A DNA stretch of 62,969 bases, filler included, from Mitosporidium daphniae (taxonomy: Eukaryota): the NCBI RefSeq assembly GCF_000760515.2. It is 34 parts of 34 records of this genome, joined end to end, with 100 filler letters (N's around TTAATTAATTAA, not from the genome) between each part and the next. Parts side by side here need not be neighbours in the genome. Positions count along the whole stretch, not along the records: positions 47,569 to 49,227 come from NW_013546506.1; positions 49,328 to 50,974 come from NW_013546505.1; positions 51,075 to 52,713 come from NW_013546504.1; positions 52,814 to 54,449 come from NW_013546503.1; positions 54,550 to 56,172 come from NW_013546502.1; positions 56,273 to 57,891 come from NW_013546501.1; positions 57,992 to 59,608 come from NW_013546499.1; positions 59,709 to 61,289 come from NW_013546498.1; 26 more parts are not named here. One strand, 5' to 3'. Shown here one piece after another: positions 47,569-60,778 of this stretch. The notes below the pieces were generated by a model. That model worked only from the letters and a program-made list of their open reading frames with translations, had not been told where the DNA came from and did not search any database. The translations under genes were made by a program, and so were the position numbers. Numbering within the stretch: the stretch's first letter is position 1; each line of letters begins with the position of its first letter.

Positions 47569-48242
47569 CTCCAGCTCGATCGTATCAGAAAGCAAATATT
47601 TTGCAGCCATTTCATGTTCCTCCACACCTGCAACCACATTAAACCGAGCCATATTTGCAGCGTCAAGAAGGGTTTCTCTTGCAAGAGGACCAAATTCTGC
47701 GCTCGGTAACTAAGCCCTTAGTGTTTCCAAACTTACCACCAGAATGACATTGGATATTTGGTTGCCGATTTCGTTTTCAGCGCGTTGCTTGATATGATCG
47801 AGCTGGAGAGAAACTAGCTCTTCCAAACTCATCAGCCCGGAAATATTGAAAGAGAACCCGTAGGGTCTAGTGAGGGACTTTATTGGGATTTGCCATGGGT
47901 ACAACCTTTTCGCCCATGAATGCAACAGCGGAGCCTGGGAATTTCCCATCAGCATCTTCAACGCAAAAAGAACATTTCTGGGAAGCCTATGTACCTACAA
48001 AAATGGCATTTCCAATCAACCTTTTCAGTGGCAAATGTGTCAAATAGGGCTATGCTTTGGTTAAAGAATATTCCGGATTGGAATGCCCTGGATGAAAGCT
48101 CATTGGTCAGCACAACAGGTTGCTGTGTCTTTTGGTGAAGAAACGCAGCTCTGATGTTTCTGGCGCCAAAAGAAATTGAAAGAATCGTGCATGAAGTGCT
48201 CAAAAACAAAGAAGCTAAACAAACGAGTACGGCCAGAACCAT
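47569..48242 (-). CDS. Divergent ER Hsp70-like nucleotide exchange factor (LHS1/GRP170-like), N-terminal part
   Basis: Signal peptide, ILSISFG, VLTNELSSR, LKMLMG, EELVSLQL and RETLLDAA. Introns at 47995-48020 and 47710-47736. Confidence 0.7.
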
Positions 48243-48355
48243 AGGGTTGGATTGCGTAGTTTGGACTTCAATACATAAAACACGGACTCCATGTAATTTA
48301 ATGTTTTGAAATCACGTAAAATTTTAATCCCAGTCCACCAGTCCCAATTTTAACC

Positions 48356-49227
48356 CTAACCCCAGCTTCTTAATGACAGCCTCGTAGATATGCTCCGATC
48401 ATGAAAGTAGAAAAGACATGCCACAAAGAAAATAAAAAAGATTCCAAATAAAGCAGTCAATTTGATGAGAAAGGGCAAGATGTAATTTATGGGCATCTTC
48501 TGAGAAGTTTTGACATACTTTGGAAGCAAGTTCAAATCAAACTGATCCAGACCCAAAGGTTTTTTGGGATCCTTTGCACATACCCTGATGAGAAATAGCT
48601 TTCTTGCACAAATTTTGGCTTTTATAGAAACATTTTTTAAATTGGACTTGGTGCTATCTTTAAGCTGCGACTTTATAAGCTTCAATAGCCTCAATGACGA
48701 TGACTTTTTAAATTTGCTTGCAAAATAGATCCATTGCTGCAAGATCGGTTCATGGGATGCGATAAACCTCAAAATCAAATCTCTAACAACTTTTGTAGAG
48801 CTATCTAGAAGATCCATAAAACCAACGGCACTGCCAGAGTATGCCAGATAGTGCAGCATGTCTTCCAAATCGAATTCTTCCAGATCATAGATGTTAATCA
48901 GTGCAGGCGAGAAGAAAAAGTGGGCAGTATCATTGAGCTTTTCAGAAACATCGTTCATTGTGGCGAATAGTCTTTTCCCGGCGAAAATATCAACAAACAC
49001 CGGGTATTTCGTGTATGTGTCGTTTAAATTGAGACGGGCAAAAGCTGTTGTTGCAAAGTCGGTTGTAAATCTAACCTCTAAATTAGAAAGTTTGACATCA
49101 GACATTGCAAAAGGTGAACACTTTGCAGGGACTACATTTTTGTATTCGAAGTTTTCATCGATCTCTTCTTGCTCTTCAATATATTCCTTCTCTTTCGTCA
49201 ATTGGACAACAGTTTCGCTATCCAATG
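48356..49227 (-). CDS. Hypothetical protein with C-terminal TM anchor, 5' truncated
   Basis: ORF of at least 289 aa with a hydrophobic tail. Confidence 0.6.
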
Positions 49228-49327
49228 NNNNNNNNNNNNNNNNNNNNNNNNNNNNNNNNNNNNNNNNNNNNTTAATTAATTAANNNNNNNNNNNNNNNNN
49301 NNNNNNNNNNNNNNNNNNNNNNNNNNN

Positions 49328-49703
49328 TTTACATTTGGTCCGGATGTTGTCAAAGAATTTCTTGATATCCACGATTTGGATTTAATTTGCCGAGCACATC
49401 AAGTTGTTGAAGATGGATATGAATTTTTTGCCAAAAGGGGGCTTGTTACAATTTTTTCTGCTCCAAATTACTGCGGCGAATTTGATAATGCCGGTGCCAT
49501 TATGTCAGTTGATGAAAATCTAACATGCTCTTTTCAGGTTATATATTTCCTTAATTCGATAGATTCTAAAGCCTGTAGATAAAAAGACCTTGGCCCTTTC
49601 AGTTGGCTCTGGATCCCCAATCTTGATTAATAACAGTTTTTATTCTATTCCTGAAGAACTAGCCAAACAGATTTCGTCACCCAAAATGACGAAGAAAAAA
49701 TAG
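49328..49703 (+). CDS. PP1-type Ser/Thr phosphatase catalytic subunit, C-terminal part
   Basis: [31 protein letters not shown] and CSFQ|ILKP across a 25-nt intron at 49538-49562. Confidence 0.93.
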
Positions 49704-50392
49704 AATTTTATTTTTCTCGTCCTCCCTAATAATTAAATATACACTTCATGTCAAATTCTCGGAATGTTTGCATTTATTAATTGATATAGTGGTGATTGAT
49801 GCAAATTTAATTATCAACAAATAGCATGAATTCCATTGGCCCTCTCTTCAACCCCTAGTTTGTGTGATGTTTGCACATGGCCTCTTCTCATGGATTTACG
49901 ATTTTGCGAAAAATATTATTGTGGATTGCTTCATTTAGTTTATCGACCGTTTTAGGAGAATTTATTTCGGCTTTGAAGATTAAGCGAGTGCATTTGGCAT
50001 TGATCCCGTGAAGGGATTTGGCCATCCCATCAAAGTGGAAAGAACCGGCAGCGAGTTTATAGACAAAGCATTGAGGAAGTACACCGTATCCAAGTCGCAT
50101 GCACTGAATGCTGCGCCTTGCGCCCGGGAAATTTTGTCGAATCACAAATACCAAAGTAGCATCGCTGGACATGGAACTTTCAGTCGTTGAAAAAATGAAT
50201 TTTTGCCTATCCGGACAGCCTTTGTCGATTTATGCTCAGAACACCTAAAATGGAATAGAGCTAAAATAGTGAAAGAAATTAAGACAAAATTAAATCTCGA
50301 AACTTTTGCACAATGCCAAAATGTAGGGGCGGTGGTACCACCACCCCCCCTTCCCCATAATCCAAGAGACCCAAAAATTGGCAATCGGAATT

Positions 50393-50974
50393 TTATTTAT
50401 TGATTTCAGACATAAAGCTTTGATACTCTGTTTGAATCCGCTTCTGCCGCTCGTTGGATGCACGCAAGATGGTTGGGTCATGCCTGTTCATACAATCGCG
50501 CGAGAGATGGCCCATTGCCCCACATACCTGGCAAACGAGGCTGATTGTAAAGTTTCTCTGCTCGGGACAGTCATATTTACGATGGCCAACAGCACCGCAA
50601 TTGGAACAAATCTCCATGTCTTCTGTCTTGAATGTTCCATTGATCTCGGCTAGCTCGCGCAGCTGCTGTTTCTTTAGCTCATTGTCTGTTTCTGGAGATG
50701 AAACTGCAATGCTGATAATTCGATTGACACATTTGGTTGCAGCATGAATCTTTTCCTCGCAGTCTGCGGTGATATATGCGTGGAGCTCCTCTTCGGCACC
50801 AGGCTGGTTTGACTTTCCCTCCTTAACGGCACCTTTGCCGCGGATAGAAATTTTAGCCCCGGATTCTCGCTCCATTTTTCTGAGCTCATTGCCACGGGGC
50901 CCGATCAAAAGACCAACAAAATTGATGCCTGGATATTTTTTGGTGGGAATCCAAAGCTTTTCCATGCACTGTGC
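50393..50974 (-). CDS. MSL5: Branchpoint-bridging protein BBP/SF1, 5' truncated
   Basis: KH motif INFVGLLIGPRGN, QUA2 segment NELKKQQLRELAEINGT and two CCHC knuckles. Confidence 0.93.
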   Translation of the reverse strand, partial: AQCMEKLWIPTKKYPGINFVGLLIGPRGNELRKMERESGAKISIRGKGAVKEGKSNQPGAEEELHAYITADCEEKIHAATKCVNRIISIAVSSPETDNELKKQQLRELAEINGTFKTEDMEICSNCGAVGHRKYDCPEQRNFTISLVCQVCGAMGHLSRDCMNRHDPTILRASNERQKRIQTEYQSFMSEINK

Positions 50975-51074
50975 NNNNNNNNNNNNNNNNNNNNNNNNNN
51001 NNNNNNNNNNNNNNNNNNTTAATTAATTAANNNNNNNNNNNNNNNNNNNNNNNNNNNNNNNNNNNNNNNNNNNN

Positions 51075-52309
51075 TCTCAAAATCTCCTACTGGTTGCTGG
51101 TGTCGCTGAGGGTGTCCAAATCATCTCTGTATCAGAACAGCGAGTGATTAAAAAGATTCCCGTATCTCAGCTAACGCTTCCTGGGGCACCCATGGCCATC
51201 TCTTCCACCATGTATAAAGACCACATTGTGGACATTCTGACGCAACCCTTTTTGGCACACTCATCTCATCTAAAAGGAAGCACCAGCAAGGCCGCCCACA
51301 TTCGCATCGATTTTTCGTCTGCGAACAAGCCACCAAAGGTTGATTTCGAAATGCATCATCTTGGTGATATTTCAGCTAATATGGACCTCGATGTAGAGGA
51401 TGGTGAAGACGGAGCCCAGACAGCATCTACCACACTTTTATATTCGTATTTTGGCATTGTTCGATCTCCATTCTCTGGATCATTTATTGCAACACTTTCG
51501 GGGTATATTTGTTTCTTTATCATAGACCTCTTTTCAAGTCTCACGAAACGCTTCAGAACAAAGCAATTTTATCAATAAGCATTGATGGACCTGCATATCC
51601 CAAAACCTTCACTGCCCCCCTGCTGGCGAAGGTGTGCAGCCTTCATGGTCAACTCGAAGAAGATCAAAAAATTGATTCTGCTAACTATTTACAAATGAAT
51701 GGCGAGGACAATCTAATATTTCCTAAATGTTTGGACCATGCTGATGGGAGCTTTCCGAAGCGTGATTTTAACCGTCCTTTTTATGAAGTTGGTGCTTTAG
51801 TAAAGTCTTTTGGATGGGAGCTTGGTATGACTTGTAGCCTTCTTGCCGGAGGCTGGGGAGAGGCTGAATGCGGGGGCTTCTTGGAAAAGGTTCTTGTTCC
51901 AGCTCCACCTGAGGAGTCTCCTTTGATGCTACACCTATCCAGACTCCAAAGAAACATTTTTATCCTTTACGCCGGTGGGGTCCATTTGGACGAATTCAAT
52001 CCAATGCTAAGAGATAGCGAAAGACAAATTTTGCACCTGCTTAATGGTTATTTGATTGCGAAAGTGGAAGCCAACTCCCATCACGCTCATGGGAATATTG
52101 ATCCAAACGAGGAAAATTTAAGGAACTGCTCCCATTGCTCGAACCCTCCATTTCGCCTTTTTAAGCCTTTGTTGCAAAATTCTTCTCATGAATTCATTGT
52201 GAATAACGGGTTCGATAGTCTTTGTTCTTATCAAGAGTCCAACTGTATGTGGTGCGGTGTCCAAACCAATCTATGTCGTAAAGGTCTCAATTCTATCTGT
52301 CCTATTTGA
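51075..52309 (+). CDS. Hypothetical protein with C-terminal CxxC pairs, 5' truncated
   Basis: Two ORFs joined by a 23-nt intron at 51503-51525. Confidence 0.6.
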
Positions 52310-52813
52310 GAGGCAAAACAAATGATTGCAGGATGTCGACAATTTAAAACTACACTCAAGACAGCTCTGTACTCAATGGCAATATCTAATTCACGGTGTT
52401 ATCAGAGGCATTCATATAAACGCGGCTGTATATAAAGATTACTGGTTCTGAAATTGGTTATTTGTTAGATTTTAGGTCGCTCAATTTACTTGACAATAAC
52501 CTTCGATCGAGGGCCTAGTTGGCACTAGTGCCCCTAACAATTATTTGATTACATATTTCTATATAAAGGGTTTTAGGTGTTGCATGCCATACTGCATAGT
52601 TATCTTTGATGCTGTGGGTATTTTTTTACCTTCAATGCATACCCACATCGAACAACTAAACCCAAGCAATGGATGCTTATAAATTTAGAACAAACCTTTT
52701 CTGTTTCTCCTATNNNNNNNNNNNNNNNNNNNNNNNNNNNNNNNNNNNNNNNNNNNNTTAATTAATTAANNNNNNNNNNNNNNNNNNNNNNNNNNNNNNN
52801 NNNNNNNNNNNNN

Positions 52814-54449
52814 CCATCGTAGCACGATATGGAATCAATTGCATTTTGGGGGTATTTTGAGTCACAAGTAACGTCTTGTTCATAGAGCACGCCAGAGGCC
52901 TCACCAAGGGATTGATTGATTTTTCTTACCTCATTCTCTGAGATGTCTTCGGCTAGGTGGCTCATATTTCCCTTAACAAGGGAAATATGAACAGGATCCA
53001 AATCCGGATCAATGTTGGATTCATATCCTTCGTTCCCCGAGACTATCCTCAAAATATCGAATGTTATCTCGTGGTTTCCTAATATGTCGACATGATCTGA
53101 CGTTTTAGGCCCGCCTCTTCCGGGAAGGAATATCATTGAAATAGGCTCGTGCAGATATTCTCGCGTGACGATTTTGACGCCAAATGGATTTAGTCGGGAT
53201 GTTTTCCAGAAATGAGCGCCCATCAGCCCAAGCGAGCGAAGAGGCACAGTCCCATCTCCATCCCCCAAAATTACACCATTTACAACCTTTTTGTCCTGAT
53301 CTTCAAAGGAGGTATCAACAACAAGGGGTAGGAGAAAATCTGCAAACTCGATATCCATTTCCTCAAAGATACAATGGATCAAGTCTTTTGGATCTTGACA
53401 TCGTTGCAGCATTTCAAGAATGGTGCCATTAGAAAAGAGGTCTTGGTTGATTTTGTAATAATATCCGATTTCGGTTTCTTTTCCAACGCCGTAGAAAGAG
53501 TAAATGGTCAAATTTGGAGCATTTGGAAGCGGACTTTCCAGAGGATTGGGCCACAATTTAGTGTTGTTTAGCTTGTAAGCGGAAGCGATTCGCTTGGAGG
53601 TTCCCGGAGGCAATATATTGGAGTCGATTAACAGTTTTTGCACGGCCTCGTCCAGCTTCAACTTTTCTCCATTACTCAAATACACGACAGGATCTTCTGA
53701 CCAAACGAGACTTCCGCCTTTGGGGAGCATGTTAAGAAGACATGGCCATCTTCTAAACAAATATGCTCTTTCTTTTCTCGAAAGAAGAGATTCAACAAGC
53801 GCAGATTCAAAGATTCCCAATTGAGCGGTATCCTTCATATCGCCAGATATAAGAGAAGATATCGTCTTTGGAACGCCAAGTAGTGGGCCACAAATATTAA
53901 CAAAAGCGTGGATATGGCTGTCAACCCAAGAGGAATCTCTAAAAGGTAAATGCATTTATCGTACGTTTCCGTAACCCAAGAAATAAATGATAAAAAAACC
54001 AAAGAGCCGAAAGAATGGGTTATGATTACAGCCTTGGTTCCGGAAAACCCAAATGATTTTTCAATCGATTCCTTCAAAGAAGAAAAATATCGATCTCTTT
54101 TTTCTAGATCGCTTATTGATAGTCTCCAGTCAAAGGATGCCATATACAGATTGGAAGGGTCATAACCGATAGAGCCGAGATTTTTAATTATAGGCCCCCA
54201 AACCCAATACCCCGGTACAAGAAAGTCCGCGGCCGCTAAGCCCTGAGCAGCTCTTAGCTTGATCCCTGGAGGATCGAGACCAGTTTCCAGGTCTAGGGAA
54301 AGATGCTTAAGCCAGCTTTTTTTGTCAAAAATAAGAAACTTCATCATGGTCAATGTGCCCCAAAGCCTATCTCTAAAATAGGATTCGAAATGTTCTTTTT
54401 CATCTGATTCCCACAGCTCAAGACCGGTGGAAGTCATGCCAGGAATAAT
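52814..54449 (-). CDS. LRO1: Phospholipid:diacylglycerol acyltransferase, internal fragment
   Basis: GLDPPGIKLRAAQG, FDWRLS, THSFG, MLPKGG, GDGTVP and DHVDILGN. 26-nt intron at 53939-53964. Confidence 0.95.
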
Positions 54450-54549
54450 NNNNNNNNNNNNNNNNNNNNNNNNNNNNNNNNNNNNNNNNNNNNTTAATTA
54501 ATTAANNNNNNNNNNNNNNNNNNNNNNNNNNNNNNNNNNNNNNNNNNNN

Positions 54550-56172
54550 AGCGCTTCTTCGCAAACTCGGTATCCCAGCTCTACCGTGTCGGGAAGCAAT
54601 TTTAATGAAGTCTTTTTTTTGCACCATTTGTATTTGCTTTTGATCCTGCTGACGAAGGTTCGAATAGCTTTTATGTTAAAATTTTAGGCCTTTTTATTTG
54701 GCGTAATCCACTGCACGCCAAAATACTGCCAAGCCTTGGCCGCTCAAACTTCTACGTTGATGCTGATTCTTCCAGAATCTATTGGGGCATCTTCCATCAT
54801 TTGTAACATGTTTGACAATAGATTGCTCGTAAACGACTCTTTAATTCGCTACCTACTTCTATTACATTCTTATTCGTTTAAATTTGTGCATAACCCAGTA
54901 TATGATGCTCCGTGCAGTCCTGTCGTCGAAAAGGAGTTCTTGTCATACACGTTTCAAAATTTGAGTTTCGATCAAATAATGATGCAAATTTTGCCGATTT
55001 CCGAAAGTAATGTTGTGAGAAAAGAAAAGCATGGCCAGTTTCATGAAAATTTGCTCAAACTCCTCAAGTTGGCCATTTCGCGCTCGCCGATTTTAATGTC
55101 AGCATACATCAAGGTATCGGATTGCTTAATGTTTATCACAGCTGGCTGTGGCGAAAATTAATCTTGCTCTGGTAAATCCCAGCTCTTCACAATTATTGAC
55201 TACGCTTTTGTCCTATTCAAGTATATTGCGGTTGTTTGCCTTTTCTTAGATGACATATTATACTCATGGAGCGGCCTTACTTCGATTGAGTCGATGGAGC
55301 GTCAGGTTTATCAACTCATTTATTGTAGACATCTAAGGACATTGGCTTTTGGGCTTTTGAATCGCCGTATCAAACATCGGCAAACATTGTGAAAAAATGG
55401 CTTGATTTTAGAGAATCCTTAAAATCACTGAGTGAAACGTACTTTTCCTTATGAACCTTATCTCTTCATTAGGTCCGACCCAATGCTATCTGATTTCATT
55501 GCATATAAGGATTGCTATCCAGGCTTTAACGCGAAATCGGATGATTTCCACAGCTTTTTAAACATTTCGCTCGCGCTGTTGGTAGAGAAAATATATTCGG
55601 AAATCTCTGGACTTTCAAAGTCTTTGAAAGAAGATCAAAAAAGCATCATGGACCACTATGTTCAGTTGTTCAGCCAATTGTCGGATTTTTCATATCTTGA
55701 GACTAGCCTAAAGTATTGATACGTCACTTACCGTTAGGCTTGAGTGTATTTCGTTGGCAATCATTGGCTTTACGCTACTTTTTGCCATCAGGGACAACAA
55801 AATCAGCGGGTTTGAGCCCACCTTGATCCGGGAAAAGGCATATCAAATGCTATATTCGTACTTTATAAATTATGCCGGGTATTGTGATCTTTTTATGCTC
55901 ATGATAATAGTAAAAGCCTATCAAACAATATGCTTCTGTACAAAACAAATTCTCTTCGTCGAATTATGAATATCTTTAGACGAGACATCCAATTCCTCAA
56001 TCCAGAGAACAATTATAAATCAATGAGTCCTGATTCTGAAGAATGTAAGCACCAGTTTAGGGTAACGTTTAGATGCCCATCTGTGCACCACTTCAATTTT
56101 GCTGCATTTGTTTGAAAATGAAATTTCAAAGATCAAAAAGAAGGACGAATCGATTCTGGAAACCGTTGGGGT
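54550..56172 (+). CDS. Intron-rich hypothetical gene, internal fragment
   Basis: Consecutive plus-strand ORFs split by micro-introns (e.g. 55114-55141). Confidence 0.5.
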
Positions 56173-56272
56173 NNNNNNNNNNNNNNNNNNNNNNNNNNNN
56201 NNNNNNNNNNNNNNNNTTAATTAATTAANNNNNNNNNNNNNNNNNNNNNNNNNNNNNNNNNNNNNNNNNNNN

Positions 56273-57019
56273 ATTATTATTTTTTCCCTCAACATTATTA
56301 TTCTTTTGGTTAGAAGGAGCAATACAATTACGAGAAAGCGCAAAAAGGAAAATAAAAATTCCTAGCCCTACATTTACATAATTAAAGACTCTCCAGGCTA
56401 AAATACGGCTATTCAGAAAATACTGTTGCAGGAATCCACCAAAAAGTATTCCTTCTGCAGCAATTAGTTTATAGATTTTAGGGTTAGGGGTATGGGTAGG
56501 GTTAGAATTTAAAGCTAGCGGGTTAGGGTTATAAGAACCATGAATGACTTTTTCAGTAATCCCAATACTCATTCCAAGAAAAAAACGCCCAATAGCTAAA
56601 AGGCTCCAATTGAAGGAAAAAATGAAAAATATTTCTCCAATAAGAAATAATATTGAACATAAACAAGTATCCACTTGAATGTTCCATTCAGGCGCAAAAA
56701 ATCTGCTAACCAACGATCCAAACATTCCGCCTAAATAAAAGGAAGAAACAGCAGAAGAACATTTTACCTCGGAGCCAAATTCGAACCTAAGAAATGAGTT
56801 ATGTGTATGCCAATACTTATCAAGATCTTTCTCTATGGAATAAAGTTTTTTTGAAGGAAAAACAGGGAAGGTATGAATAGAAATCAAACCAACAAGCATA
56901 AATAGGCCGAATTCATTTAAAGCATCACTATGGCTATAAGTATCCGAAGCGAAGGAGGCTGAAGTCAAGAGTGTCAAAAGAACAAAAACAAGCAAATATT
57001 TTAAACGCCTAGGATTCAT
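56273..57019 (-). CDS. Paralog of the 4248-6067 sugar-porter-like protein, N-terminal half
   Basis: Shares FEF.SE, FY.GG..GS, IGR.FLG, GFLQQY and LAWR..N. Confidence 0.75.
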
Positions 57020-57066
57020 TAAAAATTCGAATGACTCATCAAGCCATATGTGGTCATTTTAGTGCA

Positions 57067-57530
57067 AGTTGACACAAAATTGTTTAAATTAAAACGGAAA
57101 AGGGTTTAGGGTTAGCTCTTTAAAATCCGAATGCAAAGCTCTCGTCACCTGTAGTGCGCAGCCAGAAACATTCTAATGCTAAACCAATGCGCACAGTTTA
57201 GGTTTGGCTCAAAATACGATTTGAAAAACGTTATGCTAAAGCCAAGATGTCCTGGAGAAAGCTATTTCTCCCCAGTGTGCACATGTAAAAATAATCGCAA
57301 AGGGCCTTTTAATTTTGATCCAAATGAGCGTGATTTTTCTTTTCTAGCTGATGCTGCTAAAACTTTCAAAAAATGAGACTTTAATTGAAATGCTCAAAGG
57401 CTGGAGAATATCAGAAAGTCAAACTCGCCCCTCCTCTTAAAATCAATTGCTGCATTTGGATTCTTTGCCATTCTGGTCGCGACATTTCTCCGCTATAGTC
57501 CCGATCACATCGTATCTATCAAGTCATCAT
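57067..57530. repeat. ~460-bp upstream repeat of the transporter-like family
   Basis: Matches 44042-44503 and lies directly 5' of the ATG at 57019. Confidence 0.92.
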
Positions 57531-57991
57531 AGGGTTAATATTAGGGTTAGCTTTTACTATGCTTTATGTTGTAATAAACAGGATTATGTAATGGAAATTT
57601 GGTTTCGAAGGTGCATCGGGTGAAAGCTACATATTGGGCCGATGGACAAATCAGAGTGCAACCGTAATAATTAACTTGGGAATTAAATTGGATTAAATTC
57701 TGCGGTGAGACAAATGCGTATTTGAAGGTAACAAGGTAAAAAGGTTTTCAAAGAGATCATATTAATGCAAGTTTAGAAGATAATCCAAAGGGATATATTC
57801 CCTGCCTCGAGATTTTAATTCACTCCTGACTGTCTTTTGAAAGCTGGCATAAATAGCAAATTTGATGTGGTCTCGTTTTCAAAGGACCTGANNNNNNNNN
57901 NNNNNNNNNNNNNNNNNNNNNNNNNNNNNNNNNNNTTAATTAATTAANNNNNNNNNNNNNNNNNNNNNNNNNNNNNNNNNNNNNNNNNNNN

Positions 57992-58085
57992 TATCTAAAT
58001 TTACTTCGAAAGTTTCAACTTGCAATGAAGGGAGAACGAGAAAGGCAACGAATGCTGTGAGAAATAAAAGTCTTTGAAAGTTCAT
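57992..58085 (-). CDS. 5' end of another shared-leader family member
   Basis: MNFQRLLFLTAFVAFLVLPSLQVETFEVNLD, running into the contig end. Confidence 0.75.
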
Positions 58086-59708
58086 TGAAGTGGACAGATT
58101 TGTGAAAAATTTGCCTTCATTTTATAAACTGTTTTGCAACGGAAATTTTGCATCCAGTCAAAATATAGTGTTAAATAATTACCCAAATGGACAATTAAAA
58201 TATGGAAATTTAATTATCAAATCTTATATTTCCAAGAGATACTCTGCAATATGTTATTGAGTGGGTATCACTGTGATTGGTGTTGAAACCCTTTGCTATC
58301 GATAGAAAGGCACTGCTCAAATATCGCCATGTCACTAGCATTTTAAATGCACCCAGAAAGTGGCCAATAATAACCCCAACACCTTTTGCCTGACTCCAAT
58401 AACGCGATTTAAAAATTTCATACATGGATATAGCTATCTTGTAGCCGCTATATTGGGTCTCTGGATCTGGTATGGCATGCATAGCTTTTGCTTAACCCTA
58501 ATATCTAAAATAAATTAAATGCGCCCAAGCAGATGCTTGCTCTAGCAAGATGTTCTGTCTAAATTGGCTCCTACTCGCACTATACATGGTTCAAGGCGTC
58601 AATACCGGCCACCTTAAATGCTGCTATAGAGGTTATGGTGAGCAATGATGCAGCTGGAAGTTCATTTACAAAAGAATATCTTAAGGCTATCACGACTAAA
58701 TGGAGCTTTAGTCAGAGACCGCCATCGGGGCCTTGAAAGATGCCTATCATGGCGAGATGAGTACGTTGCATATATGTAGCGTTGGCCGGTTCTTGCTGAT
58801 CCATTAGGATGATCCAGTCCATGTTGAATGCTTTCTTCAATGTGCAAAGCCTCTATTGTTGTCTGCGTGGATGAAAGGCTATTTTTTCCCAGAGCTTGAA
58901 GATGCTAGTTTACATCACTTTTCCATGTATAAGTAATGCTGTTTAATGACCACAGCCAAAACGGGCCCTTTGAGGGGAGTAGATATTTGCAACAAGTAGT
59001 ATTAATAATGTTGACAATATCAAATTGAATATGGGGATTTGAAGCCATCTTGAGCAAAAAACCATCGACCTTCATATCTGTCGTTTGGTTCAAGTTGGGG
59101 ATCTTTGCACGTCTGTTTGTTCTTTTGGTGCGGTTTTTGTGTCGGCCGTTGCAATGTCGATTTGTGAAAAGATTGCCCAAATACATGCTCGCTTCTGTTT
59201 TTGACCTTTCCAAATGTTCCAAGGTGGACGCAATTGGTAAAGTCTCTACTGGACTGACTTTTCAGCGACTAACATTGCTTTGCAGNTAGTTTNAAATTGG
59301 TTGATGAAATTAATTCACCGAGTCTTTTTGCGAGGGGTGGCAATGTGCATTTCTCGTGCATATTTCGACCGACAACAGTGACATCTTCGCCGAAGCAACC
59401 GTTTGCATATTGTGTCGCGATTGTAATCGATGACGTACAAACTGGGTCACCTCTTACAGACTAGTGCAGACAGACGATTTCACAAGCTAGGCCATGGATT
59501 GTGAAACCCCCATTTGACAGGGGGAGAGCCCTTGCATGACATCCAATGGCTCGTTCACACAATCTTCTCTGGCGAGCATTTCGCATGGTGCCGTGCAAAG
59601 GAGCCAGGNNNNNNNNNNNNNNNNNNNNNNNNNNNNNNNNNNNNNNNNNNNNTTAATTAATTAANNNNNNNNNNNNNNNNNNNNNNNNNNNNNNNNNNNN
59701 NNNNNNNN

Positions 59709-60049
59709 TTAGGGTTAGGGTTTGGGTACATGGATCCAGAAATAAATTTAGGCTGGAGAAATAGGTTAGGGTTAGGGTTAGGGTTAGGGTACATGTATCC
59801 AGGGGGGTAAAAAGGTACATAGGAGTTGGCAGCTTCTCGTTCTTGGACATTTGATGCGGTGTACTGCATCGATTTCTGTTGCTGTGGATCCTGAGGTGAA
59901 CGCGAGTTAGCAGGTTTAACGAGATTTTCCACCATATTCACTACAGAAGGAGTTGCAGCACTTAACAAGAATGGGATCAATGAATAAGATTCCTTAACCA
60001 ACAGTAGTGAAACTGTCAGAAAAAGAGGTACCAAAGTATACAATTTCAT
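59709..60049 (-). CDS. Secreted protein with YPNPNPNP repeats, 5' part
   Basis: Signal peptide MKLYTLVPLFLTVSLLLVKESYS; breaks inside the repeat array. Confidence 0.8.
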
Positions 60050-60660
60050 CCCTATTGAAGGGAGAATTTCCCACTTAAATGATAAATTTCAATTTGATTA
60101 TGAATGGGCCAATAAAACATTGCTGAAAATTTAAAGGATCATCCACAAAAATACCACCTTTAAAAGCCTTTAATATTTGATGCACATGGATATGCTAGAA
60201 AAGCTATGACACAAGAATACACATTTGTATTGAGACTGATATAAAATAGTTGACCCATAAAGGATTGCCTATATCTGCATATATACAAACTTGAAATTCA
60301 TCGAAGAAAACAGACATGCCAGAGGGCCGAGGCCAAGAAGTAATACGAGAAAATACATTTGATTTATATCTGCAGGCAGAAAGCAAATATGTTATAGATA
60401 AACCTCCAAAGCAAAAATTATATCTCACCGAGGGGTCTAAATGTGTCCCAAAATACATTAGCATCAACGGTAGGCCGGAAGCCTCAAATGCATCATACCA
60501 AGTGTATTAAAACTTGACCCTAATAAATTAATTAAATCCCCAAAATACGTACCATCCTATCGAGAGCACCACACTATGCTCTTTGACGAAGATTATTTTA
60601 TCAGTTTTCTTTTGAATAACGAAATTCCATGTGTTTCCACAATTTTAAACATTAATTTTT

Positions 60661-60778
60661 ATCACGTGTCAGATTTTTCGCGGTTCTAAACCAGAAACAC
60701 TCGTGTATAAAACCGATGTAGTTTCATTGAATCAAAAACAAGATTCAATTGTCGTTCTTGTTTCTCCTTCCCCATTTT
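60661..60778 (-). repeat. Second copy of the E-box-containing repeat
   Basis: Reverse complement aligns with 17559-17675. Confidence 0.7.

Noticed and set aside
59709..59789. TTAGGG repeats at a contig end as a true telomere
   Set aside because: Short, interrupted, embedded in a 63-bp coding unit, and with the G-rich strand pointing inward from the left end.
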